In this document: piece by piece, positions 8,387-16,697 of the stretch
Layout of the letters: the number at the start of each line of letters is the position of its first letter
Numbering within the stretch: position 1 is the stretch's first letter
Assembly (NCBI GenBank): GCA_012270975.1
Contig: JAAXHH010000141.1
Coordinates: 343,089 to 407,088 of the forward strand
Direction: 5' to 3'
Length of the DNA: 64,000 nucleotides
Source: Candidatus Latescibacterota bacterium
GTDB lineage: Bacteria > JAAXHH01
Position numbers and translations under genes: made by a program
The notes under the pieces: model-generated
What the model saw: only the letters and a program-made list of their open reading frames with translations
The model's database searches: none
What the model was told of the DNA's origin: nothing

Positions 8387-8671
8387 TCACTGACGAAACT
8401 GACGGTATATGAGAAAAAAGCCCCTGCCTATGAGAAAAAAAACGTACAGGCATAATGGGGCAATGGTTAGAAGTACAACTTGCTCGATTAACTCGAGAAC
8501 AGACGGATAGAACACGAACACTACACCATATACGAGATAAAAAGACAAAACGACAAGACCTGCCCTCAGCGAGACCACATCCCGAAATTGAAACGGTTTC
8601 AACCGGGATTGTCTAGTAAGGATGGCCGGGTCCCTTTCCGCGTTCCCTGACTCTTTATTTATATCAGTCAC
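8387..8671 (-). CDS. small hypothetical membrane protein (AT-rich gene, GTG start)
   Basis: 94 aa with two hydrophobic stretches (LVVLSFYLVYGVVFVFY and VVLLTIAPLCLYVFFLI). It lies inside the AT-rich island. I recognise no family. Confidence 0.4.
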   Translation of the reverse strand: MTDINKESGNAERDPAILTRQSRLKPFQFRDVVSLRAGLVVLSFYLVYGVVFVFYPSVLELIEQVVLLTIAPLCLYVFFLIGRGFFLIYRQFRQ

Positions 8672-8755
8672 GTTGAGTTTCCACGGTTTGACTTCGACAA
8701 CACATTCACGATATGTTGTTGTTTACCATTGACAGTATCACTCATTCGAGCAATC

Positions 8756-8899
8756 TGTACAATTAGTGTTTTATTTGTATTTAGTCCACTGATATGTGTA
8801 CAATTATTGATATTTTACTACAAGATCATTTATACAATTAATGCTTGTTTTGCACAGCGGCACGCCAATTTGTACTAATAGAATATTATTTGTATTCTT
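8756..8899 (+). repeat. cluster of TGTACAATT-type boxes (left cluster)
   Basis: TGTACAATT at 8756 and 8797, TATACAATT at 8831, TGTACTAAT at 8871, and degenerate TGTATTCTT at 8891. All are in the same orientation. Confidence 0.6.
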
Positions 8900-9182
8900 G
8901 TCAGATTCACCTGATTCCCGTATTTCGACGCTTGGCAGCCCCCAAATCCTTTCTTTACCTCCCTGAAACCCTACTTCGCATAATAGATATTATGTAAATC
9001 TATTTCGTCTCTAATCCGGTTTCCGGAGGGTCAGGGGGTGGCTCGAAACTACCCCTAAAAAGTCGATTTCCGGCTTGAAAACTGTGTAATCCAGTGCTTC
9101 ATCCTTACCGGGATCGGTCGAAATCCGGTTCTGATCTCTGTTCGCGGCCCCATTTTAACGTTTCATGCTTGTTTTTAACCTC

Positions 9183-9294
9183 TGTACAAAACATAACTAT
9201 TGTGTACAGTTGTTCGGCGGGGAGTGTACAGTAATATATCTAGTTGTACAATTTCTTGGGGCGTTAGTACAAAATAATAGTGAGTTGTACAATT
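9183..9294 (+). repeat. phased array of six TGTACA-core boxes at 20-22 bp spacing (iteron- or operator-like)
   Basis: TGTACAAAA at 9183, TGTACAGTT at 9203, TGTACAGTA at 9225, TGTACAATT at 9245, AGTACAAAA at 9266, TGTACAATT at 9286. Intervals are 20, 22, 20, 21 and 20 bp. Confidence 0.65.
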
Positions 9295-9352
9295 GCTTGG
9301 ACACTCTAACGACCAACTATGGCTCACTTCCTACGGAAACGTCACTCAACAA

Positions 9353-10801
9353 TCATCCAACGTCCAGGGAATCATAGCTCCAGTCATCCAGCGGAGTGAG
9401 CTGCGAGTAGTCGAACTCGAATCCGACCCCGAAGGGACTCGTGGTGACGCTCTCCATATTGATCCGGCCCTGCTGGATATTCATGCACGGAAATCCGGCC
9501 GTGTGCAAGCTGAACAGTTCCGGATGGCATTCCATCACCTTTTCCTGTATATCTTCGGGCCAGACGGTAATTCCCTTGAAATAATGATGGCTATTCCGTT
9601 CGGTGTGGTCAACCCCTAATGTTGCCAACACCGCGAGGTCCTGGGCCAAGGCAATCGGCGCAATGTTGGACAGATCTTCGCTCGTCAACACGTATTCACG
9701 CTCTGGGTGCTGATTCGACAGGTATTTCAGGTAGGCTGCGTTGGACAGTCCCTTAAACACCCCTTTGCAGTTCTTGTAGCTCGTTCCCGCGTATCCGATA
9801 TCGACGGCCCTTTCCACGTCGCCTATGTCACCGTCAGATTCGTCGATGATGAAGGAGGGACGGTCCGGCCAAACCTGGAAGTGCCGCCTGACCTCTTCGT
9901 CCAGCGCGATGTTGCGGTGAAGGGGCTGCTCGATACAGATCAGACGCCGAAGAAACCCGGCCAGATCGCGGTCCGCCCGCAGAGCTTCCCAGAAAGACCG
10001 GAACGATTCCATGTCGCCGTAATTCTCATTGCCGTCCAGGGTAAACGCGTAGTGGTTCAATCGCCCGCCGATGATCGCGGCCGTCTGCTTCAGGCGGCTG
10101 AAATCCCGTGCTTCATCGCCGAACAGCTTGATCTTGAAGTACGTTATGCCATAGGTATCGATCACCTCGTCCAGCGACTGGGGCAGCCCATCGTTGCACA
10201 ACTCTTCCGCCGGTATGTCCGGCCGGGTCAGCGGGTCTCCCAATCCCACGGTATGGCGCACGTTAGTGACCGTTATCGGCGAGTCAGGCAGCACGTCGGC
10301 CGGCTCCAGGCCCGTCAAATTCGGGTTGAATGCGTCCAACCGGAGGCCTAAGGCGTTGGATCGCAAGGTCTGGCCGAAATTGGTGCCCTTCAGGCGGCAG
10401 AAAGCCTCGATCATGGCCCTTTCCACCAGGCTGGTGCCCAGGCCCCACAGGAGGGGCGCAAAGCCGCGCTCATTGCCCCAGGACTTCTGAGCCTCGTACA
10501 GTGCCTGCCAGAGGGTGAACGGATCGGTCGCGGGGCCGATTGTCAGCGCCGCGTCGCTGGCGTGCCGGATGACGGAGATCATGTCCCCCACTTCGTCCTC
10601 CAGGGAGGTCTCCGGGTTCTTCGTGAACCATTTCGGGGGAAGGTGGTCGGCCGAATACCCCCTGCCGGTCCGGCTGCCTGCCTCGAGTACCAGACCGAGT
10701 ACCAGGTGCGGCACGGCCGTCATGGTCGAAATGCCGAATTTGAAAGGCATGCGCGTGCGCATGTTCTGGATGCGGAGGTCGATTTCCTTGATCTGGATCA
10801 T
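9353..10801 (-). CDS. enolase-superfamily-like enzyme (MR/MLE-type motifs), unusually long
   Basis: 482 aa. YFKIKLFG (KxK-type), FTLDGNENY, CIEQPL and FIIDESD sit in the order and spacing of the enolase-superfamily metal ligands. Confidence 0.55.
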   Translation of the reverse strand: MIQIKEIDLRIQNMRTRMPFKFGISTMTAVPHLVLGLVLEAGSRTGRGYSADHLPPKWFTKNPETSLEDEVGDMISVIRHASDAALTIGPATDPFTLWQALYEAQKSWGNERGFAPLLWGLGTSLVERAMIEAFCRLKGTNFGQTLRSNALGLRLDAFNPNLTGLEPADVLPDSPITVTNVRHTVGLGDPLTRPDIPAEELCNDGLPQSLDEVIDTYGITYFKIKLFGDEARDFSRLKQTAAIIGGRLNHYAFTLDGNENYGDMESFRSFWEALRADRDLAGFLRRLICIEQPLHRNIALDEEVRRHFQVWPDRPSFIIDESDGDIGDVERAVDIGYAGTSYKNCKGVFKGLSNAAYLKYLSNQHPEREYVLTSEDLSNIAPIALAQDLAVLATLGVDHTERNSHHYFKGITVWPEDIQEKVMECHPELFSLHTAGFPCMNIQQGRINMESVTTSPFGVGFEFDYSQLTPLDDWSYDSLDVG

Positions 10802-10836
10802 GAATCCTCGCGAGTTACGCCATACTTCTGTTGATT

Positions 10837-10861
10837 CGGTCTAGACCGCTTCACGGTCTAG
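10837..10861. promoter_or_regulatory. CGGTCTAG-ACCG-cttca-CGGTCTAG: 12-bp palindrome overlapping an 8-bp-stem hairpin
   Basis: CGGTCTAGACCG (10837-10848) is self-complementary. CTAGACCG (10841-10848) pairs with CGGTCTAG (10854-10861) across a 5-nt loop. The element lies between the small upstream ORF and the enolase-like gene start. Confidence 0.35.
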
Positions 10862-10979
10862 CCGTGCGTGCGGTGACCTGCTTTCGACCATCGTTTCCGG
10901 AGGTCGCCAGCAGCAACGCTGCAATCATCATGCGGAGTGGTATCAGGTGAGAAACCAAGCGCTGCACCTGATTCATCAT
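10851..10979 (-). CDS. possible 42-aa leader or small membrane peptide upstream of the enolase-like gene
   Basis: Own translation: MMNQVQRLVSHLIPLRMMIAALLLATSGNDGRKQVTARTARP. GAGGAG lies 6 nt upstream of the ATG. The stop TGA falls in the loop of the 10841-10861 hairpin. It is below the ORF-track length cutoff. Confidence 0.25.
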   Translation of the reverse strand: MMNQVQRLVSHLIPLRMMIAALLLATSGNDGRKQVTARTARP

Positions 10980-11250
10980 TGCGTTCTCCTCACCGGCTGA
11001 TTTTGGTAGAGCGGCATTGGAAGCCTATTGATAAAAGCCAATGAATCTGCTGTCAAGGGTTAGGCAGCGTTCCTGATGGATCGCTTGTCGTCGCACCGAC
11101 AGGTATTCATTCATTAAACAGATCCTGTTTATTAGTGTCATATTGTAACCCTGCTGGAATGGGGATATATTGTCACGTAGGGGAATGAGACCAGGAGATC
11201 CGTACCGAGATCCACTGTTATTGGCTCGATTTCGCTAGAAGGAAGCTGTT

Positions 11251-12165
11251 TTGACAGTACCTCCAGCAATCTGGGAGATACCCGAGCCGCTGTCCACTGA
11301 CAGCGTCAAGGTGGACGACGACGCCGTCATCGTCCTGAGACGCCACGGGAATCCGGCGGGCCCCCGGCTTGTCCTGAGTCACGGAAATGGCCTCGCCATC
11401 GACCTCTACTACCCGTTCTGGTCGCTGCTGGCCGCCGGTTTCGACCTGGTGGTCCATGATCTCAGGAACCACGGATGGAACGAAGTCGGAGCCCTGGAGA
11501 ACCACCGTTTCGATGCTTTTTCCCGCGACCACGACAGCATCTTCGTAGCGATCGAAAGGCTCTACGGCGTGAAACCCACGGTGGGCGTCTTCCACTCTAT
11601 TTCTGCCCTGGCCGCCATGCACCTGCCATCGAGGGGCAGCCACTACTCCGCGATGGTGCTGTTCACGCCGCCTCTGTGCAACACGGGCCCGAGATACAAG
11701 GAGTTCGAGCTGCGGGCGGTGCGAACGGGTAACATGCTCAGTTGGAGGGAGCCGTGGTTCCGGGCCCGGGAAGAGCTCGCCGAACTACATACCAATCTGC
11801 ATTACTTCCAGCATGCTGTGCCGGGCGTCTTCGATCTCGTTGCCAGGACGACCCTCAGGGAGTCCGGGACGGGACAGGGTTACGAGCTCCGATGCCCACG
11901 TGAGTACGAGGCGCAGATCTGGTATGAAGCCTCGCAACCTGCGGTGTCTGTGGACTTCGCCTCCCTGCGGTGTCCCACCCGGATCGTCGGATCAGATCCC
12001 GCCCTGGATCCGAACCGTCCGAAGTTTGACTACAGCGCCGCAGCAGGCGTCGACTATAAGTTCGTGCCCGGAACGACACACTTTCTGCAGCTCGAGAAAC
12101 CGGAGGAGTGCGCGGCGGTGATGCTGGACTTCCTGAGCCGGCAGGGCTTTGTCGAGAGCCCGTGA
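11251..12165 (+). CDS. alpha/beta hydrolase fold protein
   Basis: 304 aa (TTG start in track). LVLSHGNGLAIDLY..DLRNHGWN and a nucleophile-elbow-like GVFHSISALAA, with HFLQLEKPEE near the C-terminus. Confidence 0.7.
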   Translation: MTVPPAIWEIPEPLSTDSVKVDDDAVIVLRRHGNPAGPRLVLSHGNGLAIDLYYPFWSLLAAGFDLVVHDLRNHGWNEVGALENHRFDAFSRDHDSIFVAIERLYGVKPTVGVFHSISALAAMHLPSRGSHYSAMVLFTPPLCNTGPRYKEFELRAVRTGNMLSWREPWFRAREELAELHTNLHYFQHAVPGVFDLVARTTLRESGTGQGYELRCPREYEAQIWYEASQPAVSVDFASLRCPTRIVGSDPALDPNRPKFDYSAAAGVDYKFVPGTTHFLQLEKPEECAAVMLDFLSRQGFVESP

Positions 12166-12308
12166 TTAACTGCGGGACAGTCGCCGACGTGTCTCATACG
12201 ACCATGAAGCTGATTACCAGTAAACTCCTCTGATTTGAATCAAACACATGTTCGATTCGCATGTCGGCCTTCGGAATGTTATGGACACGGCGGAGACTCG
12301 GCGGAAGG

Positions 12309-12647
12309 TCAGCTCCTGCTCTTGATCAGCCCGTTCAGCAGGGCCACGACGACCGAGATGATGAACGATGCGATCAGGGCGTCCCAGAAACCGCCCACGT
12401 CGAACCCGTTGACCAGCCACGCGGCCAGGGACAGCATGCACGCGTTGATGACGAGGAGGAACAGGCCCAGCGTGAGCATGCTGATGGGTAGGGTCAGGAG
12501 GACGATGACGGGCCGCACGATCGTGTTGATGAGGGCCAGGACGACGGCCGCGATGACCGCGGTGGTAACGGAATCGACCTGGATGCCGCTGTACACGTTG
12601 GTCACCAGGAGTATAGCCAGGGTCGTAAGAATCAGTCTCAGTATCAT
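12309..12647 (-). CDS. phage holin family 4 / DUF360 (YvlD-like) membrane protein
   Basis: 112 aa. ..INTIVRPVIVLLTLPISMLTLGLFLLVINACML..GFWDALIASFIISVV.. shows the typical DUF360 pattern. Confidence 0.7.
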   Translation of the reverse strand: MILRLILTTLAILLVTNVYSGIQVDSVTTAVIAAVVLALINTIVRPVIVLLTLPISMLTLGLFLLVINACMLSLAAWLVNGFDVGGFWDALIASFIISVVVALLNGLIKSRS

Positions 12648-12649
12648 GC

Positions 12650-13102
12650 TTATCTTCCCGTGTGGCCGTATCCACCCGCGCCGCGCTCGGTTTCATCGAG
12701 GCGGTCGACCTCTTCGAAGACGACGGAAGGCACGGTGCCGATGACGAGCTGGGCGATTCGTTCCCGGTCGCTTACGCTGTACGGTTCATCGCCGAAATTG
12801 AAAAGAATCACCTTGATCTCTCCCCGATAGTCCGAGTCGATCGTGCCCGGGCTGTTCAGCACGCCGATCTTGTGCTTGAGCGCCAAGCCGCTCCGGGGCC
12901 GCACCTGTCCTTCGTATCCCGGAGGCAGCGCGATGGCGTATCCCGTCCCGATCATTTCGAGCTGTTTCGGCGGGATTTCCACCGGCTCGTCGACGCAGGC
13001 GTACAGGTCGAGCCCCGCTGAACCGGGTGTCATCCTCCGCGGTGCCGGATGCACTCTGCCGGGCCGGGTCGAGGCGATGGGTATGACGACGGGCGTGCTC
13101 AT
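12650..13102 (-). CDS. dut: dUTP diphosphatase
   Basis: SAGLDLYA.., RPRSGLALKHKI.., GTIDSDYRGEI and the C-terminal ERGAGGYGHTGR are the dUTPase motifs. Start set at Met20 of the track ORF (MSTPVV), giving a typical 150 aa. Confidence 0.9.
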   Translation of the reverse strand: MSTPVVIPIASTRPGRVHPAPRRMTPGSAGLDLYACVDEPVEIPPKQLEMIGTGYAIALPPGYEGQVRPRSGLALKHKIGVLNSPGTIDSDYRGEIKVILFNFGDEPYSVSDRERIAQLVIGTVPSVVFEEVDRLDETERGAGGYGHTGR

Positions 13103-13171
13103 GGGCTGCTCACAGGGCTGCGCGCGGAACGCTAGAAACGGCCGTTGCCCACGGGCCACTCAAAAGGCTGC

Positions 13172-14434
13172 TCACAGGGCGATATCGTCTTCCGACACGG
13201 GACCGACGGCCGCCAGGTACGTGTTTTCCGGCGTGAAAATCGTCTCGGCCAGTTCGGTGATATCGGCCGTGGTCACTTCTTCCAGCTTCCGGACGGTCTC
13301 GTCCACGCTGGCATGGGTATTGTCGTAGATTTCCGCCCTGGCGAGCCGGTTCATCACGCTGCCGGACTCCTCCAGCGACAGGTACAGGCTGCCGGTCAGC
13401 TGGGACCGCGTATCGCGGAGTTCCTCCTCCGGGACGGGTTGTTCGCATAGCATCCGGCATTCCCGCCGGATCAGGTCGATCGTGCGCTGCGCGTCCTTCG
13501 GGTCCACGCCGGCACTGATGCAGATCTGGCCGGTATCCATGTAGAAATCCAGGTCCGAATAGATCGAGTAGGCCAGCCCGGCTTCCTCGCGGATCTTCTG
13601 AAACAGCCGCGAGGTCATCCCGCCGCCCAATACGGCGTTCAACAGGAACAGGGCGTACTTCGACGGATGGCCGTAGGGCAGGGCGACGCCGCCCAGGCAG
13701 AGATGTACCTGGGCGATGTCCTTGCTCAACACCCGCTTGTCAAGCCGCTTCGCATCGAGCCGGACGTCCGCGTCACCATCCGGACCGTCCGCGGGAAAAT
13801 CGTACTGGTCCCGCACGAGATCGACCAGGGCCTTGTGGTCCACGCTGCCCGCCGCAATGACGTATATGAGGTCGTTCCGGTAGCGGTCTTCCAGGTAAGC
13901 GACGAGGTGGTTTCGCGTAAAGGACGAGACGGAGGGCGCGTTGCCCAGGATCGGCCGGCTCAGGGGATGGGGCTGCCAGATCAGTTTGGCGTAGAGCTCG
14001 CTGACCAGGTCTTCCGGGTTGTCTTCGAGGCCGTGTATTTCCTCGATGACCACCATCTTTTCCTTTTCGATTTCATGGGGGTCGAATTTCGAGGACTGCA
14101 GCAAGTCGCCGATCACGTCCACCGCGACGGGCAGGTGGCTGTCCATCACACGGGCGAAGTAGCAGTTGAGTTCCCGGCCGGTAAAGGCGTTGAGGTACCC
14201 GCCGAGGCTTTCGATGCTCTGGGCGATCTGGTACGCGCTGCGCTTCTCGGTGCCCTTGAACACCGCGTGTTCGAGAAAGTGGGCGATTCCGGGCTTCTCG
14301 GCGGGTTCGAACCGCGTGCCGGACCACACCCAAACCCCCATCGTCACGGAACGGACATGGGGCATGTACTCCGTAACCACCCGGATGCCGTTGGGAAGCA
14401 CGGTTTTTCTGGAACGGTCGGTGGATTCTGGCAA
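13172..14434 (-). CDS. M16 family (pitrilysin/insulinase-like) zinc peptidase
   Basis: 420 aa. HxxEH zinc motif in GIAHFLEHAVFKGT, plus ..LNAFTGRE... Confidence 0.85.
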   Translation of the reverse strand: MPESTDRSRKTVLPNGIRVVTEYMPHVRSVTMGVWVWSGTRFEPAEKPGIAHFLEHAVFKGTEKRSAYQIAQSIESLGGYLNAFTGRELNCYFARVMDSHLPVAVDVIGDLLQSSKFDPHEIEKEKMVVIEEIHGLEDNPEDLVSELYAKLIWQPHPLSRPILGNAPSVSSFTRNHLVAYLEDRYRNDLIYVIAAGSVDHKALVDLVRDQYDFPADGPDGDADVRLDAKRLDKRVLSKDIAQVHLCLGGVALPYGHPSKYALFLLNAVLGGGMTSRLFQKIREEAGLAYSIYSDLDFYMDTGQICISAGVDPKDAQRTIDLIRRECRMLCEQPVPEEELRDTRSQLTGSLYLSLEESGSVMNRLARAEIYDNTHASVDETVRKLEEVTTADITELAETIFTPENTYLAAVGPVSEDDIAL

Positions 14435-14528
14435 GGGAGGGTCTTACAGGAAAGACCGCCGCCATGGCGTCCCAATCGGACGTCTGCCACGGCGGCGATG
14501 TTCGGATCATACTGGCCGTTCGCTCCGG

Positions 14529-16613
14529 TCAGCTCTCGGAGAGCACCTGCTTCCGGCTCAGCTTGACTTTGCCCTGATTGTCGATATTGATGATCTTCAC
14601 GGTCACCTCGTCGCCTTCGTTGGTCACATCCTGCATGGAATTCGTCCGGTGGTTTTCCCATTCGGAAATGTGCACCAGGCCGTCCTTGCCCGGAAGGATC
14701 TCCACAAAGGCGCCGAAATCGACGATCCGCTTCACGGTGCCCTGGTAGACCTTGCCGATCTCGGGCTCTTCCGTCATGCTTTCGATGATCTGCTTGGCCT
14801 TTTCTCCGGCGGCCGCATCGACGGCGGCGATCGTTATCGTTCCATCGTTCTCGATATTGATCTGGGCGCCCGTCTCCTCCTGGATGCCGCGCACCACCTT
14901 GCCGCCCGGTCCGATCACGGAACCGATCTGGTCCTGCTTGACCTGGACGGTCAGGATGCGGGGGGCGTGCTCGGACAGTTGCGACCGCGTCTCGGCGATG
15001 GTCTCGGCCATCTTGTCCAGGATGAACAGTCGCGCCTTCTTCGCCCGGGAGAAGGATTCGCGAAGAATCTCCTCATTCACTTCCATGACCTTGACGTCGA
15101 GCTGCACGGAAGTGATCCCTTCCCGCGTACCGGCGACCTTGAAATCCATGCCGCCCAGATGATCCTCCACGCCCTGGATATCGACCAGGTACTGAGGCTT
15201 GGGATCGTCCGGGATCAGGCCGATGTTCACTCCTGCGACCGGGCTCTTGATGGGCACGCCCGCGTCCATCAGGGACAGGGTCGCGCCGCAAACGGTGGCC
15301 ATGGACGACGAACTGTTGGACTCCAGTATCTCGGAGACGATGCGGATGGTATAGGGGAACGCGTCCTCCGACGGGATCACGGGCGCGATGGCGTGCTCCG
15401 CCAGCGAACCGTGGCCGATGTCGCGCGGCCTGGGACCCCGGGCCATGCGTACCTCGCCGACGCTGAACGCCGGGAAATTGTAGTGCAGCATGAAGGACTT
15501 CAGCGAATCCCCTTCGAGATCGTCCTGCTTCATCTCGTCCAGCTTGGAACCCAGCGTCGTCACCGTCAGGCTCTGCGTTTCGCCGCGGCTGAAGATCGCC
15601 GATCCGTGGGTCCGGGGCAGTACCCCGACTTCCGACCAGATGGGCCGTATGTCGTCCATGCCCCGGCCGTCTACACGCACGCCTTCGTTCTTGATCATGT
15701 CGTGCATGTCGGCGCTCTGCACGTCCCGCACCAGGTCGCGAATGATACTCTCGCTGTCCGGGTACTCCTCCGCCAGTTGCTCGACCGCCAAGTCGGCGGC
15801 GCGGCTGAAACAGTCCCCGCGCGGCTGCTTCTCCCGGGTCCGGTTGCCTTCTTTCACCAGGGGAAGCGCGATCTCGCGCACTTTATCGGCGAGTTCGGCA
15901 TCCGTCTTCGGCGAATCGTACGACCGCCTTTCCGGCGCGCCCACCATCTGGCGCAGTTCTTCGATCTTGCCGATGACCGCCTTGATGTTCTCGTGGCAGA
16001 GCATGATCGCGTCGGTCAGGTCTTCTTCCGAAATCTCGTGGGCGCTGCCTTCCAGCGACATGATGTGGTCCGGCGTGCCAGTCACCACGAAATCCAGATC
16101 GCTTTCGTCCAGGTCGCTGTACGTCGGGTTGACGACGAATTCGCCTTCAACCCGCCCGACCCGGATGGCGGCGAGAGGCGCCTTGACGGGAATGTCCGAG
16201 ATATGCAGGGCCGCGGCGGCGCCGATAACGCCCAGGATGTCGTGGTCGTTCTCCATATCCGTCGACAGCACGAGGATGGAGACCTGCGTCTCGTAGAAGT
16301 AGTCCTTGGGAAACAGGGGCCGGATGGCGTGATCGACCTGCCGGCCGCTCAGTATTTCTTTCTCCGACGGCGGCCCTTCTCTCCTGAGCCGCGCTCCGGG
16401 TATGCGTCCCGCCGCGTACATTCGCTCGCGGTAATCCACCATCAACGGAAGGTAGTCGCGGCCTTCCACGAACTTGTTTTCTGATACGACATTGGCGAGA
16501 ATGACACTCTCCCCATACTGAACCCATACCGACGAGTCCGCCTGCTTGGCGACTTTTCCGGTCTCGAGGGACAGTGTTCTTCCGGCCAGTTCTAACTCTA
16601 CACGATGAGCCAT
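14529..16613 (-). CDS. pnp: polyribonucleotide nucleotidyltransferase (PNPase)
   Basis: 694 aa. Two RNase PH domains, KH (GPGGKVVRGIQEETGA) and S1 (GKVYQGTVKRIVDFGAFVEILPGKDGLVHISE) domains. Classic rpsO-pnp linkage. Confidence 0.95.
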   Translation of the reverse strand: MAHRVELELAGRTLSLETGKVAKQADSSVWVQYGESVILANVVSENKFVEGRDYLPLMVDYRERMYAAGRIPGARLRREGPPSEKEILSGRQVDHAIRPLFPKDYFYETQVSILVLSTDMENDHDILGVIGAAAALHISDIPVKAPLAAIRVGRVEGEFVVNPTYSDLDESDLDFVVTGTPDHIMSLEGSAHEISEEDLTDAIMLCHENIKAVIGKIEELRQMVGAPERRSYDSPKTDAELADKVREIALPLVKEGNRTREKQPRGDCFSRAADLAVEQLAEEYPDSESIIRDLVRDVQSADMHDMIKNEGVRVDGRGMDDIRPIWSEVGVLPRTHGSAIFSRGETQSLTVTTLGSKLDEMKQDDLEGDSLKSFMLHYNFPAFSVGEVRMARGPRPRDIGHGSLAEHAIAPVIPSEDAFPYTIRIVSEILESNSSSSMATVCGATLSLMDAGVPIKSPVAGVNIGLIPDDPKPQYLVDIQGVEDHLGGMDFKVAGTREGITSVQLDVKVMEVNEEILRESFSRAKKARLFILDKMAETIAETRSQLSEHAPRILTVQVKQDQIGSVIGPGGKVVRGIQEETGAQINIENDGTITIAAVDAAAGEKAKQIIESMTEEPEIGKVYQGTVKRIVDFGAFVEILPGKDGLVHISEWENHRTNSMQDVTNEGDEVTVKIINIDNQGKVKLSRKQVLSES

Positions 16614-16646
16614 GATACGTAGTCTTCTCCTTGAATCGTCAACAGA

Positions 16647-16664
16647 TGGCGGCCTGTGCCGCCA
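16647..16664 (-). terminator. GC hairpin between rpsO and pnp (rpsO attenuating terminator or pnp leader processing stem candidate)
   Basis: tGGCGGCctgtGCCGCCa forms a 7-bp stem with a 4-nt loop. There is no clear U-tract. The position matches the known rpsO-pnp intercistronic stem in other bacteria. Confidence 0.3.
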
Positions 16665-16697
16665 CTAGTGGGTCTTACATCAACAGGTCTTATCCAC

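Noticed and set aside
9165-9377. 70-aa plus-strand ORF across the TGTACA array
   Set aside because: The reading frame is created by the AT-rich repeats themselves, there is no SD, and it runs into the 3' end of the convergent enolase-like gene.
14166-16484. 772-aa plus-strand ORF
   Set aside because: It is antisense to pnp, whose translation has unmistakable PNPase domains. The plus-strand product is Arg/Gly/His/Val/Asp-rich with no motifs. This is a typical high-GC shadow ORF.
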